This document shows, piece after piece, positions 19,225 to 30,174 of a stretch of 64,000 nt of DNA; position 1 is the stretch's first letter, and each line of letters starts with the position of its first letter. The notes below the pieces were generated by a model that did not search any database, had not been told where the DNA came from, and was given only the letters and a program-made list of their open reading frames with translations. The stretch covers positions 26,708 through 90,707 of the forward strand of contig CAWDCY010000002.1 in NCBI GenBank assembly GCA_963800965.1, read 5' to 3'. The translations under genes were made by a program, and so were the position numbers. This DNA is from an uncultured beta proteobacterium (GTDB taxonomy: Bacteria > Pseudomonadota > Gammaproteobacteria > Burkholderiales > Gallionellaceae).

Positions 19225-22137
19225 GTGAAAGTTTTGAAAAGGAAGAAATTGTCATTTCTGAGTCTGAAATGGAAGATATTGCTATTAAGCAGTCTGATTC
19301 TATTGGTGGTAGTCATTTCATTTTGCATTGTTAGCTATCTTGGACAGATGGCTAATTTTGAGAGTCAGCGGGATTTGGAGTATCAGCGACATGCGCGTGA
19401 GGTGAGTACCTTAATTAAGGATTCATCAAAAAGTTTACATCAAATAGTTGAGACTATTCCAATTTTGGAGGGTATGGGTGCGGCTTTAAGAGTAAATAAT
19501 GGAAAGAATATTAAACTTATTTTTGATCAACATTGGCCATTGCTTCAATTCCATAATGGAGTGGAATTTGTTCGCTTTTATAGTACATCGGGTCAGCTTA
19601 TAGCGAGCTGGGGTGTTTATGAATCCAGCACCTGCGAATATGATGCAATGCTTGGTTGTGAAGAAGATGCCATGAACAGTTGGGTAGATACTGTAAATCA
19701 AACTGAACAGCCACTTAACCCCATACTCTGTAAGGACCGCTGCGAGCAGCTTATTATTGCGCCATTACTAGTTCAAGGTGAAAAAGCAGGCGTAGTGGCA
19801 ATGGGAGTTTCTCTGGCAGATGCTATTTTGAAATTTAAAAGCATATCAGATGCTGATATCGGTTTGCTTGTTAAGCCTCAAGAAGATTTTTCTAACAATG
19901 ATAATACATTGATGCCTGATTGGGGTGTTCGTATTATTGCGCTGACCAATAGGCAAATAAATCTTGAGCTGATAAAGCAAACGATGCGACTATTTTCAGA
20001 TTTCAGTAGTTTGGAGCCAGGGGTTGAATTTAATTGGAACAATCGCTATCAGCAAATCAAACTCTTTCCTTTAATCGCTTCCGTTACATCTGGTGAGGCT
20101 TATTTTATTATCATCACTGATGTGACGCGAGAGGTTAAAAATATACATGAATTAATCTGGAAAATTGCATTAATTGGGTTATTTGGCCTTTTCTTTTCGG
20201 AAATATTGTTGTTTCTAATTCTTACCAGAACATTGTCCCGTTTGAAAAGCTTTACTTTTGTACTGCCATTGCTGGCCAACGCGAATTTTGAAAAATTTCG
20301 GTCTTCACTTTTATTGTCCAAGCAAGCAAATCAATTCAATGATGAGGTTGATGTGCTTTACAACGCTGCAGAAACACTTTCACATCAATTGGAACGGCTT
20401 GAGAGTGAAGTTTCTTACCGAACAACGATGTTGGTTGAGCAAAGGGACGAGTTAAGTAAGGAAAGAGATTTTATTTCAAATTTACTTAATACAGCACAAG
20501 TCGTTGTTTTGACACAAAATGCGAATGGAAAAATTCTTACACTGAATGCCTATGGCGAGATGCTCATACGGTATAAAGCAAGCGAATTGTGGGGAACCCC
20601 TTTTGTTGACATTCTTGCTTTAGAAGATGAGATTCAAGATCTATCTGTTAGTCTTAAAGAATTATATCTAGGTCAACGAGAGCAGTTTCGTCATGAAGCA
20701 ATGACAAATTGTAAGGATGGCTCAATACGTCAAGTTGTTTGGTTGCATTCACGTTTGAATTGGCATTCAGAAAATGATTCGGCAGTATTATCGGTTGGTC
20801 TGGATATCACGGAATACAAGCGAGTTGAAGGCCATTTGGCCTGGCTTGCGGATCATGATCCTCTAACAAATTTATTTAATCGGCGTCGCTTTAGCGAGGA
20901 ATTGGAGCTGGTTTTAAGTTGGGCGGAAAGATATGAGCGACCAGGTGCTCTTTTATTCTTTGACCTGGATAAATTTAAATATATCAATGACACAAGTGGG
21001 CATCAAGCGGGTGATGCATTGCTTAGAATGGTTGCGGATATGTTATCTAACACGGTACGTACTAACGACATCACAGGACGTTTAGGTGGTGATGAATTTG
21101 CAATAATTTTGCCTGAAGTTAAGGTGGAGGATGCTATTGAAGTTGCCAAGAAGATTCTTGCTTATCTAGGTAATGCTGAATTGACGATAAACGGTCGGAC
21201 ACATAAAATTTCAGCAAGTATTGGTATCGCACTGTTCCCTGAACATGGGTGTAATGTACATGATTTGTTAGCAATTGCAGATTTAGCAATGTATCAAGCT
21301 AAAGAAAGTGGTCGCGGAGCATGGTATTTATTTTCTGAAAAAGACCGTAGCCGTGAGCGCATGCATACCCTGGTGTACTGGAAAGAGAAAATTGAGTATG
21401 CGCACTTAAATAACAATTTTTTGCTCTACTTGCAACCCATTGCAAGTATAAAAAGTAAGGATATTGAGTACTATGAGGTGCTGCTACGTATTCGTGATAG
21501 AGATGGTTCAGTGCTTTCACCTGCCGGATTCATTCCAGCGGCAGAGCATACTGGATTAATTCATGCAATTGATCATATGGTGTTGCATAAGGCTATTGCA
21601 CTGGTTGCTAAAATAAATCAGCATGGGTCAAATATCAAGTTTTCAATTAATTTGTCCGCACATGCATTTAATGATCCTGAATTGCTGCCAATAATTAAAC
21701 TTGAGCTTGAGCGTAATCTTGTAGACCCTGGGGCTTTGGTATTTGAAATAACCGAAACGGCAGCACTACAGGACTTACCGGGTGCCTGCAGCCTTATGGT
21801 AGAAATTAAAGAGTTGGGTTGTGGTTTTGTCCTTGATGATTTTGGTGTTGGTTTCTCCTCTTTTTATTATTTGCGAGAGCTGCCAGTTGACACGGTAAAA
21901 TTGGATGGCTCATTTATACACAATTTGGTTAATAGTAAAGATGATCAAATTTTAGTAAAAGCATTGTGTAGTGTGGCGAGGGGATTTAATAAGACGATTA
22001 CAGCTGAATTTGTGGAGAATGAAGAAACACTTCTGCTATTAGAAACGATGGGTATAGACTATGCTCAGGGATACTTCATCGGTAAACCAGCGCTTTATAG
22101 TGACTTCTTTCAGGATGATTTTATGTCCGACTTATAG
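19225..22137 (+). CDS. Membrane-anchored diguanylate cyclase/phosphodiesterase (periplasmic sensor-PAS-GGDEF-EAL)
   Basis: Two TM segments flanking a periplasmic domain; PAS; HDPLTNLFNRR, RLGGDEF; EVLLR, EITET, DDFGVG, KLDG, YAQGY. Confidence 0.93.
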   Translation: MKVLKRKKLSFLSLKWKILLLSSLILLVVVISFCIVSYLGQMANFESQRDLEYQRHAREVSTLIKDSSKSLHQIVETIPILEGMGAALRVNNGKNIKLIFDQHWPLLQFHNGVEFVRFYSTSGQLIASWGVYESSTCEYDAMLGCEEDAMNSWVDTVNQTEQPLNPILCKDRCEQLIIAPLLVQGEKAGVVAMGVSLADAILKFKSISDADIGLLVKPQEDFSNNDNTLMPDWGVRIIALTNRQINLELIKQTMRLFSDFSSLEPGVEFNWNNRYQQIKLFPLIASVTSGEAYFIIITDVTREVKNIHELIWKIALIGLFGLFFSEILLFLILTRTLSRLKSFTFVLPLLANANFEKFRSSLLLSKQANQFNDEVDVLYNAAETLSHQLERLESEVSYRTTMLVEQRDELSKERDFISNLLNTAQVVVLTQNANGKILTLNAYGEMLIRYKASELWGTPFVDILALEDEIQDLSVSLKELYLGQREQFRHEAMTNCKDGSIRQVVWLHSRLNWHSENDSAVLSVGLDITEYKRVEGHLAWLADHDPLTNLFNRRRFSEELELVLSWAERYERPGALLFFDLDKFKYINDTSGHQAGDALLRMVADMLSNTVRTNDITGRLGGDEFAIILPEVKVEDAIEVAKKILAYLGNAELTINGRTHKISASIGIALFPEHGCNVHDLLAIADLAMYQAKESGRGAWYLFSEKDRSRERMHTLVYWKEKIEYAHLNNNFLLYLQPIASIKSKDIEYYEVLLRIRDRDGSVLSPAGFIPAAEHTGLIHAIDHMVLHKAIALVAKINQHGSNIKFSINLSAHAFNDPELLPIIKLELERNLVDPGALVFEITETAALQDLPGACSLMVEIKELGCGFVLDDFGVGFSSFYYLRELPVDTVKLDGSFIHNLVNSKDDQILVKALCSVARGFNKTITAEFVENEETLLLLETMGIDYAQGYFIGKPALYSDFFQDDFMSDL

Positions 22138-22251
22138 CTCATTACGGTTATGTAATGTTCCATTTATTAAACAGTTCAATAAAAGCGCCGCCCGCAGGCG
22201 GTATTGCGAGCACAAATAATTACATATTTTTTGGATTAATTGAACTAAATA

Positions 22252-23727
22252 ATGGGGATATTAAGCGCAATTCTCTTGACTCCGGCGATTGGTGCTTTGG
22301 TCTTGGCGTTACTTCCCAGCCGGAATCCGAATTTGGCTCGTGGCATTGGCAAACTGTTTGTCGGCATCGCCCTTTTACTTACCTGCTACCTGCTCGCCAG
22401 TTATGATTCACAAAATGCAGGGATGCAGTTCAATGAATATTTCTCAATCAATCCCAAAATCGGCAGTGCTTACGCACTAGGCATTGACGGCTTATCCGTG
22501 CCGCTGGTTGTCCTGGCAACATTACTCACTTTGTTCGCGTTATTAGCTTCTGCCAGCATTACCAATAATGTCAAAGGCTACAATATTGGCATACTGTTGT
22601 GCGAATTTGGCATGCTGGGTGTTTTCCTTGCCCAGGACTGGACGCTATTCTATATTTTCTGGGAAATCACCTTAATCCCGGTGTTTTTTCTGATAGACCG
22701 CTGGGGTGGCAAGCGACGACAAACAGCAAGTCTTAATTTTGTACTGTATACCATGAGCGGTTCGGTATTTATGCTGCTAAGCCTGATCGCAGTTTTTCAG
22801 TATGCGCCAGAACATGTATCCCTGATGAGCGCGATGACACATGTGTCAGAAAATATGCCAAAAAACCAGCAGGTCTGGGTATTTCTCGGTTTTTTAATCG
22901 GCTTCGGCGTCAAGATGCCTGTTTTCCCACTGCACGGTTGGTTACCGCTGGCACACATCGAGGCACCCAGTCCGGTCAGTATCTTGCTCTCCGGTATTTT
23001 GATAAAAATGGGCGCTTATGGCTTGTTGCGGGTAGTGGTTATGCTGCCCGCAGCCGCTCATACATTGCAGCCGCTGCTCGTTTTTCTGGCTTTGTTCGGC
23101 ATAATTTACGGAGGTCTATTGGCTTGGCGGCAGAGCGATCTGAAGGCCATGGTTGCCTATTCGTCAATTAGTCATATGGGCATTGTTTTGTTAGGCATTT
23201 CAACATTAAATGAGGCAGGGCTTACTGGCGCTGTTTTGCAAATGAGTGCTCACGGCTTGATCGCCGGCGGGATGTTTATGGTAGTGGGTATGCTGTATGA
23301 ACGCACCCATACCCGCAACATCCGGGATTACAGTTCACTGGTTCAAGTGATGCCTCGTTTCGCGTTTTTTACTACCATAATATTGCTGGCGGCGATGGGA
23401 ATGCCAGGATCGATCGGAGCGGTGGCAGAACTGCACGCGATGGTCGGTGGTTTTCAGCAGTGGGGTGGTTTAATGGTTTTTTTTAGTCTGGGAATTCTTA
23501 TTAGTTCCGCTTATGCTATTCGTACAATTGGTCTGCTATTCACTGGCCCGGTGAAGCCGCAGATGAAACAGATCGAAGATATAAGACCGCCGGAGTTATT
23601 AGCACTTAGTGTTCTGGTTGGCGGGATTGTGTTATTTGGTTTACTGCCTGCATCGCTGGTTGAGCTGTCAGCAGCAACCATCTCGCAAATGAACGGCCTG
23701 ATCAGGCTGCGAATTCTGGGAGGGTAG
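22252..23727 (+). CDS. NuoM/MrpD-like proton-conducting membrane subunit (1)
   Basis: LGIDGLS, FWEITLIP, VKMPVFPLHGWLP, LIKMGAYG, AYSSISHMG, AELH. Confidence 0.9.
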   Translation: MGILSAILLTPAIGALVLALLPSRNPNLARGIGKLFVGIALLLTCYLLASYDSQNAGMQFNEYFSINPKIGSAYALGIDGLSVPLVVLATLLTLFALLASASITNNVKGYNIGILLCEFGMLGVFLAQDWTLFYIFWEITLIPVFFLIDRWGGKRRQTASLNFVLYTMSGSVFMLLSLIAVFQYAPEHVSLMSAMTHVSENMPKNQQVWVFLGFLIGFGVKMPVFPLHGWLPLAHIEAPSPVSILLSGILIKMGAYGLLRVVVMLPAAAHTLQPLLVFLALFGIIYGGLLAWRQSDLKAMVAYSSISHMGIVLLGISTLNEAGLTGAVLQMSAHGLIAGGMFMVVGMLYERTHTRNIRDYSSLVQVMPRFAFFTTIILLAAMGMPGSIGAVAELHAMVGGFQQWGGLMVFFSLGILISSAYAIRTIGLLFTGPVKPQMKQIEDIRPPELLALSVLVGGIVLFGLLPASLVELSAATISQMNGLIRLRILGG

Positions 23728-23729
23728 CA

Positions 23730-26700
23730 ATGCATATAGCACTTACAAAAGCCGGTGACCCGGTAACCAGCGTTCGTGAACAAATCATAACGGCACTGAA
23801 CCACTTCGACCATGTTTTACCTGGTCAAGCGCCCATTCTTGATTTCGTACATCACAATACGCTGCACGGTTATCAGCACCTGTCATTTGAAGATGCGTTG
23901 GCGGCGAGTGAGGCATTAACCGGGATTCATGGTTACCTTCCCGAAACGCAGAGCCGTGCTTTTTACCGGCAGGGGCGTATTGATGACAGCGATATCTTTG
24001 CAGCGCTCACACATGACCCACAGTTACAGGCAGAGCAAATCGTCTGCCAGGACAAGAGTAGAGCCATCCGGCGCAAAGATATCTATCGCATTGCCTTGTT
24101 ATTTGACCTGCAACCGTTAAACGTCAGTCAGTTTAATTGGCAGGTAGAAGAATTAAATGCTATGGGTGTCGTGCAAGCCGATGTCCCTGATCAGGTTCGT
24201 AAACAATTACTTGCTGACAGCAGCGTTTCGGATAAAGTTATCCGGCAGCTATGGGAAACCATCCTGACAAAGCTTGAAATGGAAGATGCGGGGATGCACC
24301 CCGAGAATCTGCTGGACTTATCACTGGAGCAAGCTAATGAATGGCTTGAACACGTCCACGATGGGAACGTGTCATCGATTCATGAGCGAATGCGGCAGCA
24401 GGCAAGCGAGGCACTGGATAATTTGCTGGATCAACTGGGCGATGGCATTACTTTGCGTGGTTTTATCCTGGCAATAAGCGGGATTGATATTCTTGACTCC
24501 GTCCGTCCGCAACTGATCCGTATTTGCGCTTCCTGCATGGACGAAGGTATAGCGGCATGGCGCGCACCTGAGCGCAGCCGCCTGGGGCTTTATGCATCTT
24601 GGCGAGCAACCACCCAATATGATGCCAATCCGTATTTGCATAATCACCCTAATTGGCAAGCGATAATGGCCGAATTGCCGGTGGATGCGGTGGACACAAT
24701 CATTCTGCAATTAACCCGGCTGGAGATTCCGCAAGAAAAATGGGAGGGGTACCTGCAACGACTGGCACTTGAACTTCCTGGATGGTCAGGTTTGATCAAT
24801 TGGCGCCAGCAACACCCTAAATATTATTCTCTGGACGATGCCAAGCCCAATCTTGCCGATTATCTGGCAATACGGTTAACTCTGGATCGACTCTGGCTCA
24901 ATCAGGTTTGCCGTGAGAACTGGCTGATTGAAGCTAAGCTAAGCAGCTTGCAAACTTACTTCCGCAAAAACCTGTCCGAATTTATGGTGCGCAGCCAGTT
25001 GCACCAAGGAAATTTACCGGAGTATCTTGTGCAACGGGTAGAGTCGCTGTCCATGCTGGCGGGTTCAGAACGGCATGAACGCGTAGATTGGCAGCAGCTT
25101 GCTGACCTGATCCAAACCTGGCAATCTAGCCCGCTCGCGGAACAGCAAGGCACCACCCATACAATTTATAACAGTGGCTGGCGCCTGTTTCGTTTATGCC
25201 AGCACTTGGGATTAAATGCTACGTGCATACAAGAACTGCAGACACAGGATTTATTGCAGATGTTGGCATTGCTGGATCAATTTTCTATAACGGAACGCGG
25301 CAAAATTTGGCTGTACGCGCACGAGCGTCATTATAGTGAAGCCCTTTTTCAGGCCATACGCGCTAACCACAACCAGGGAAGTTGGGCAAAACGCGATACT
25401 CGTCCTGATGCACAGATAATTTTTTGTATAGATGACCGTGAAGAAAGTTTTCGTCGGCATCTGGAAGAGTTCAATCCGGCCATTGAGACGCTGGGGGCTG
25501 CGGGGTTTTTTGGTGTGCCAATAAACTATAAAGGATTGGATGACGTGAGGGTGACACCGTTATGCCCAATAGTGGTGACACCTGCACATGAAGTGCAAGA
25601 AAGACCCAGAGCAGGAAGTGAGCAAGCTTTTATCCGGCATAACAAAGGGCGCAGTTGGGTGCAGCAAACCGTTAAGTTGCTGCATCAGAATTTACGCCGC
25701 AATCCGTTATCATCACAGCCGCTAATTGATGCGATTGCACCGGTTATGCTCGCCGGATTACTGGCCAAATCTCTATTGCCGAAGCTCCAGAATAAACTAA
25801 TAACAAGCATTCGCCAGTTTATTTCTCCAAGCGTTGATACTGAACTAATGTTTACATCAACTGATAATACAACTGTCGCCACGCCAGACCAACCCAAGCT
25901 GGGCTTCACTGACACGGAACAGGCCGATCGAGTTGCCGGTTTTTTGCGCAATTCTGGCTTGACCTATGGCTTCTCGGAGATAGTGGTGTTGATGGGGCAC
26001 GGCTCTAGCAGCCAGAATAATCCACACCTGGCGGCTTATGATTGCGGTGCCTGTAGTGGTCGTCACGGTGGACCAAATGCGCGGTTATTTGCGGCGATGG
26101 CCAATAGTCCAGAAATACGCAAGCTAGTAATGGAACGTGGTATCACTATTCCAGCCGACACCTGGTTTATGGGAGCCGAACATAATACCTGTAATGAAGG
26201 AATTACTTGGTATGACCTTGGTGATGTGCCTGCAGATCGGATGAATGCGCTATCCAAATTAATTCGGGAGCTGCGTCATGCGCAATACATGTCTGCGCAT
26301 GAGCGTTGCCGTCGATTGGCATCGGCCCCGAGTAATCCAACACTGAAGAAAGCTTTAGCACATGTTGAAGAACGTGCTTCCGATTTTTCTCAGGCGCGAC
26401 CAGAACTGGGACATGCAACCAATGCCTCGGCATTGGTTGGCCGCAGATCGGTGACGCAGGGAATATTTCTTGATCGACGCATTTTTCTAATTTCTTATGA
26501 TCCAACCCAGGATCCAGAAGGCAAAGTGCTGGAGGGCATCCTGTTGGCTGTCGGGCCAGTCGGTGCCGGCATTAATCTGGAATATTATTTCTCTACAGTT
26601 AATAACGAACGTTTTGGCTGTGGAACAAAAGTACCGCATAACGTGACCGGAATGTTTGCTGTCATGGAAGGTGCGTCTAGTGATTTGCGTACCGGTCTGC

Positions 26701-27014
26701 CGCGGCAAATGATAGAAATTCATGAGGCGGTACGCTTGCAGATTCTGGTCGAAGTAAAAACTTCAGTTCTGGAACAAATCTATGCTCGCCAGGAAAGCTT
26801 GCGTGAATTAATAGCGGGAGGCTGGATACTGCTTAGTGCCAAAGATCCTGATAGTGGTGCGATATCTGTCTTTGAGCGCGGGATTGGTTTTGTTCTCTGG
26901 CAATCCGAGGTAAAAGATTTGCCTGTTCATAAAAAGTCACCAGACTATTACCACGATCAGACTCTGCCGTTACCCCCTGTCTTAATAAGGGATTCTCAAC
27001 CGGTGGAAGCTTGA
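23730..27014 (+). CDS. dabA: DUF2309 inorganic carbon transporter subunit DabA (beta-carbonic-anhydrase-like)
   Basis: FVHHNTL, FCIDDREESFRRHLE, GHGS...NNP...YDCGACSG, RPELGH, GINLEYYFSTV, HEAVRL. Confidence 0.93.
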   Translation: MHIALTKAGDPVTSVREQIITALNHFDHVLPGQAPILDFVHHNTLHGYQHLSFEDALAASEALTGIHGYLPETQSRAFYRQGRIDDSDIFAALTHDPQLQAEQIVCQDKSRAIRRKDIYRIALLFDLQPLNVSQFNWQVEELNAMGVVQADVPDQVRKQLLADSSVSDKVIRQLWETILTKLEMEDAGMHPENLLDLSLEQANEWLEHVHDGNVSSIHERMRQQASEALDNLLDQLGDGITLRGFILAISGIDILDSVRPQLIRICASCMDEGIAAWRAPERSRLGLYASWRATTQYDANPYLHNHPNWQAIMAELPVDAVDTIILQLTRLEIPQEKWEGYLQRLALELPGWSGLINWRQQHPKYYSLDDAKPNLADYLAIRLTLDRLWLNQVCRENWLIEAKLSSLQTYFRKNLSEFMVRSQLHQGNLPEYLVQRVESLSMLAGSERHERVDWQQLADLIQTWQSSPLAEQQGTTHTIYNSGWRLFRLCQHLGLNATCIQELQTQDLLQMLALLDQFSITERGKIWLYAHERHYSEALFQAIRANHNQGSWAKRDTRPDAQIIFCIDDREESFRRHLEEFNPAIETLGAAGFFGVPINYKGLDDVRVTPLCPIVVTPAHEVQERPRAGSEQAFIRHNKGRSWVQQTVKLLHQNLRRNPLSSQPLIDAIAPVMLAGLLAKSLLPKLQNKLITSIRQFISPSVDTELMFTSTDNTTVATPDQPKLGFTDTEQADRVAGFLRNSGLTYGFSEIVVLMGHGSSSQNNPHLAAYDCGACSGRHGGPNARLFAAMANSPEIRKLVMERGITIPADTWFMGAEHNTCNEGITWYDLGDVPADRMNALSKLIRELRHAQYMSAHERCRRLASAPSNPTLKKALAHVEERASDFSQARPELGHATNASALVGRRSVTQGIFLDRRIFLISYDPTQDPEGKVLEGILLAVGPVGAGINLEYYFSTVNNERFGCGTKVPHNVTGMFAVMEGASSDLRTGLPRQMIEIHEAVRLQILVEVKTSVLEQIYARQESLRELIAGGWILLSAKDPDSGAISVFERGIGFVLWQSEVKDLPVHKKSPDYYHDQTLPLPPVLIRDSQPVEA

Positions 27015-27017
27015 GAA

Positions 27018-28580
27018 GTGGATAACTTAGTCGTTCTAATCCCTTTATTTCCATTACTCGCTGCCGCCATTATTGGTGTCGGCCATCTCTCTGGCATGCT
27101 CAATGGTGAGGGCAGTGAGAATACCACGGCAGCCATCTCCATTGGGGCCATTACCCTGTCATGCTTGCTGGCTTTGGTTTTGCTTTGTGCGGATTTACTG
27201 GGAAAAAATACCGGCTCATTCGGTATTGGTCAATGGCTTGGAAGTGGCACGTTGAGAATTCAGGTAAATTTTATCACCAGCGGTTTTAGTGTGAAATTGG
27301 CAGCCCTATACAGCATTCTGTTATTCATCATCATCCGTTTTTCAATTAATTACATGCACCGGGAAGCGGGTTTTCACCGTTTTTTCTTTATCTTGAGTTT
27401 GTTTGCTGCAGCGATGATGGTGCTAGTGCTATCAGATAATGCAGTGGGTACTTTTATCGGTTGGGAGATTGCCGGATTTTCCTCTTATTTGTTGATAGCT
27501 TATGCTTATGACCGTCCGGTTGCGGCCTCGAATGCGACGCGTGTATTTGTCACTAACCGCATTGGCGATGCCGGTTTTATGCTAGGTATTGGACTTAGTT
27601 ATGTGTTGACTAACAGCCTCGATTGGTCGCAGATTAATACCTTGTCAGCACAACTATCTACCGGACAGGCCAGTGCGATTGCATTCTGCTTTGCCATAGC
27701 AGCTTTTGCAAAATCAGCGCAGATACCTTTTTCCCCTTGGTTGGCACGGGCTGCGGAAGGGCCTACACCCTCCAGCGCAGGATTTTACGGTGCGGTTATG
27801 GTGCATTCTGGTGTTTATCTTATGCTCTTATTGCAACCCATTCTTGAACGGGCGCCGCTGATCATGGCTATGGTCGCAATCGTAGGTTTGTTAACGGCCG
27901 TGTATGGTTTCTTCGTCGGGCTCACCCAGACTGATGTTAAAAGTTCTCTGTTTTTCTCGACGACAAGTCAATTAGGACTGATGTTTCTGGAATGTGGACT
28001 TGGATTTTGGCAACTGGCAAGTTGGCATCTTTGTGCCCACGCGATAGTTCGCGGTTATCAGGTACTAACTGCCCCGTCGTTAATGCACTATATACGGAGC
28101 AATCCGATCAAGCCTTTTTCCTCAAAAATTGCAAATTTACGCTGGGCGTATATTGCATCCCTGCAGCGTCTCTGGCTGGATCAGGTTACTGACAGGATGT
28201 TGGTAAATCCAGTACGCAGGCTGGCTCGTGACCTGGCTTATTTCGATGATCAGGTTGTTGATCGTGCCATGGGGACTCCAATCCCCACAATACATGCTAT
28301 ATCTTCACTGGCACTGTTTGAAAAACGGAAAATTGACGGGAAGCTGGAGAGTCAAGATGGCGGCTTTGCCCAAGGCAGCGGTTTGGCCGGTAATCTTGCC
28401 CACCGGGTTACTGCTGCTCTGTATTGGTTCGAGGATCGCTTGGTGATACGCGGGGTTGGTAAAGATATGATCAATTATGGTCGCCGGCTTGGGCATGCAG
28501 CCAATAAAATTGAGCAGTTGCTACTTCAACCTGGCTATCTTGCATTGTTTGTGGCGATAATATTGCTAGTTGCACTGTGA
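27018..28580 (+). CDS. dabB: NuoL-like membrane subunit DabB
   Basis: NRIGDAG, AKSAQIPFSPWLARAAEGPTPSSA, TQTDVKSSL; directly follows dabA. Confidence 0.85.
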   Translation: MDNLVVLIPLFPLLAAAIIGVGHLSGMLNGEGSENTTAAISIGAITLSCLLALVLLCADLLGKNTGSFGIGQWLGSGTLRIQVNFITSGFSVKLAALYSILLFIIIRFSINYMHREAGFHRFFFILSLFAAAMMVLVLSDNAVGTFIGWEIAGFSSYLLIAYAYDRPVAASNATRVFVTNRIGDAGFMLGIGLSYVLTNSLDWSQINTLSAQLSTGQASAIAFCFAIAAFAKSAQIPFSPWLARAAEGPTPSSAGFYGAVMVHSGVYLMLLLQPILERAPLIMAMVAIVGLLTAVYGFFVGLTQTDVKSSLFFSTTSQLGLMFLECGLGFWQLASWHLCAHAIVRGYQVLTAPSLMHYIRSNPIKPFSSKIANLRWAYIASLQRLWLDQVTDRMLVNPVRRLARDLAYFDDQVVDRAMGTPIPTIHAISSLALFEKRKIDGKLESQDGGFAQGSGLAGNLAHRVTAALYWFEDRLVIRGVGKDMINYGRRLGHAANKIEQLLLQPGYLALFVAIILLVAL

Positions 28581-28587
28581 GACGCTG

Positions 28588-30174
28588 ATGGTTAGCAATA
28601 TCACTTTCTGGTCGGAGTCGGTAGCGTTCCCGCTGCTGACTACGCTGACGGTCGTGCCGCTGGTGGCTATGTCAGGCGTTCTATTTTTACGTTCTACCAC
28701 TGTCGCTCTGAGCCTCGGTTTTGCAGGAACGCTGCTCAATTTATTTCTAAGTTTCTATTTGCTGTCCGTGTTTGATCCAGATAAAGTTGGAATTCAACTG
28801 GCCGAGCAGGAACGTTTCTTTGGCTTCACTTATTACAGTGTCGGTATTGATGGCCTGAGTGTTTTGTTTATTCCGCTCACCGCGATCTTGGCGCTGCTGA
28901 TTCTGGTTTATAAATTAATTACCCGTCATGCCTCTGACTGGAAGTTCGTAGCCTGCCTGCTTGGCTATGAAGCCATCTTGATCGGTGCCTTTTCTGCGTT
29001 AAATGTAATGCAATTCTGGTTTTGGACCCTGCTGGAATTATTGCCGGTTATTTTATTGACACTCTATGCTGGAACCGGACAAAAAAAACGCTGGGCGATC
29101 ACTTGCTTAGTAAGGTACTGGGGCTGGGGTTTGCTTATGACATTAGCAGGCTTTCTGCTGCTGAGCTTTGGTTTAATGGACTCAGATACCATCCCGAGTT
29201 TCGACTGGTCGACGCTGAAACAAAATAAGGCCCTGTTACAAAACGGAACATTGGTTTTTGCTTTGCTGTTTTGTGGCTTTGCAATTCGTATGCCTCTGTT
29301 TCCGTTTCACGGCTGGTTACCGATTCTGGCAGAACAAGGCACTGTCGCCAGCGCCACCATTTTCCTGGTGGGTCTGAAACTGGGTATTTACGCTACCATC
29401 CGTTTTATCTTGCCACTGGTGACGGAGGCTGCTGAACGCTGGGCATGGTTTGTGGTGACGCTGAGTCTGATCGGAATTGTTTACGGCGCATTGTTAGCAT
29501 TAATGCAGATTAATATTCGCCGCTTACTGGCTTTTGCAGTCATCAGCCATACCGGGATGCTGGTTATTGGCATTTTCTGTTTTAATGTGCATGGATTGAA
29601 TGGCAGTATATTCCTGTCACTGGTATATGGTCTGGCGTCAGCGGGTATGCTGTTAAGCATCGGTCTGATTTATGAGCGTACCCGCACGGCTTTAACGCCA
29701 CGCATGGGCGGTCTTTTTGACTGCAATATCAGTGTCGCGCTACTTTTTTTTATTACCGCGCTGAGTACCATGGTCATGCCTGGCACACCAGGTTTTGATG
29801 CGGCACATTTCTTGATTGAAGGCACCATTAAGGAATATGGCTGGCTGATTGCGATCGCTATTCTGGTGGGCAACGTTCTGGCAGCCGCTTTCCTACTGTT
29901 AGCTTTTCAAAAGATGTTTCTGGCTAGAACCAAACGCGCCATACAACTACCCGGCAATAACCCTCATGCGATCAGGATCGAACCTGTCATAGCTGTAACG
30001 ATTTGCTCGTTGCTCATCGGCATCGGCTTGAACTCGCAAACCTGGTTACATTTTATTGAAAAAGCCCCGAACGCTATAAGTGAGCACTACCACAGTAATA
30101 AAGAAAAACATGCTAGTAGTCCACCGCTTACACAAATCGATGGCAGGGCGATAGGGAACGGTAAACATGATTAA
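28588..30174 (+). CDS. NuoM/MrpD-like membrane subunit (2)
   Basis: VGIDGLS, IRMPLFPFHGWLP, LKLGIY, ISHTG, MPGTPGF; ATG at 28588 in frame with the listed ORF. Confidence 0.87.
   Translation: MVSNITFWSESVAFPLLTTLTVVPLVAMSGVLFLRSTTVALSLGFAGTLLNLFLSFYLLSVFDPDKVGIQLAEQERFFGFTYYSVGIDGLSVLFIPLTAILALLILVYKLITRHASDWKFVACLLGYEAILIGAFSALNVMQFWFWTLLELLPVILLTLYAGTGQKKRWAITCLVRYWGWGLLMTLAGFLLLSFGLMDSDTIPSFDWSTLKQNKALLQNGTLVFALLFCGFAIRMPLFPFHGWLPILAEQGTVASATIFLVGLKLGIYATIRFILPLVTEAAERWAWFVVTLSLIGIVYGALLALMQINIRRLLAFAVISHTGMLVIGIFCFNVHGLNGSIFLSLVYGLASAGMLLSIGLIYERTRTALTPRMGGLFDCNISVALLFFITALSTMVMPGTPGFDAAHFLIEGTIKEYGWLIAIAILVGNVLAAAFLLLAFQKMFLARTKRAIQLPGNNPHAIRIEPVIAVTICSLLIGIGLNSQTWLHFIEKAPNAISEHYHSNKEKHASSPPLTQIDGRAIGNGKHD

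Noticed and set aside
22141-22156. CbbR/LysR site (ATTACGGTTATGTAAT) upstream of the dab operon
   Set aside because: Short AT-rich palindrome; T-N11-A matches arise easily by chance
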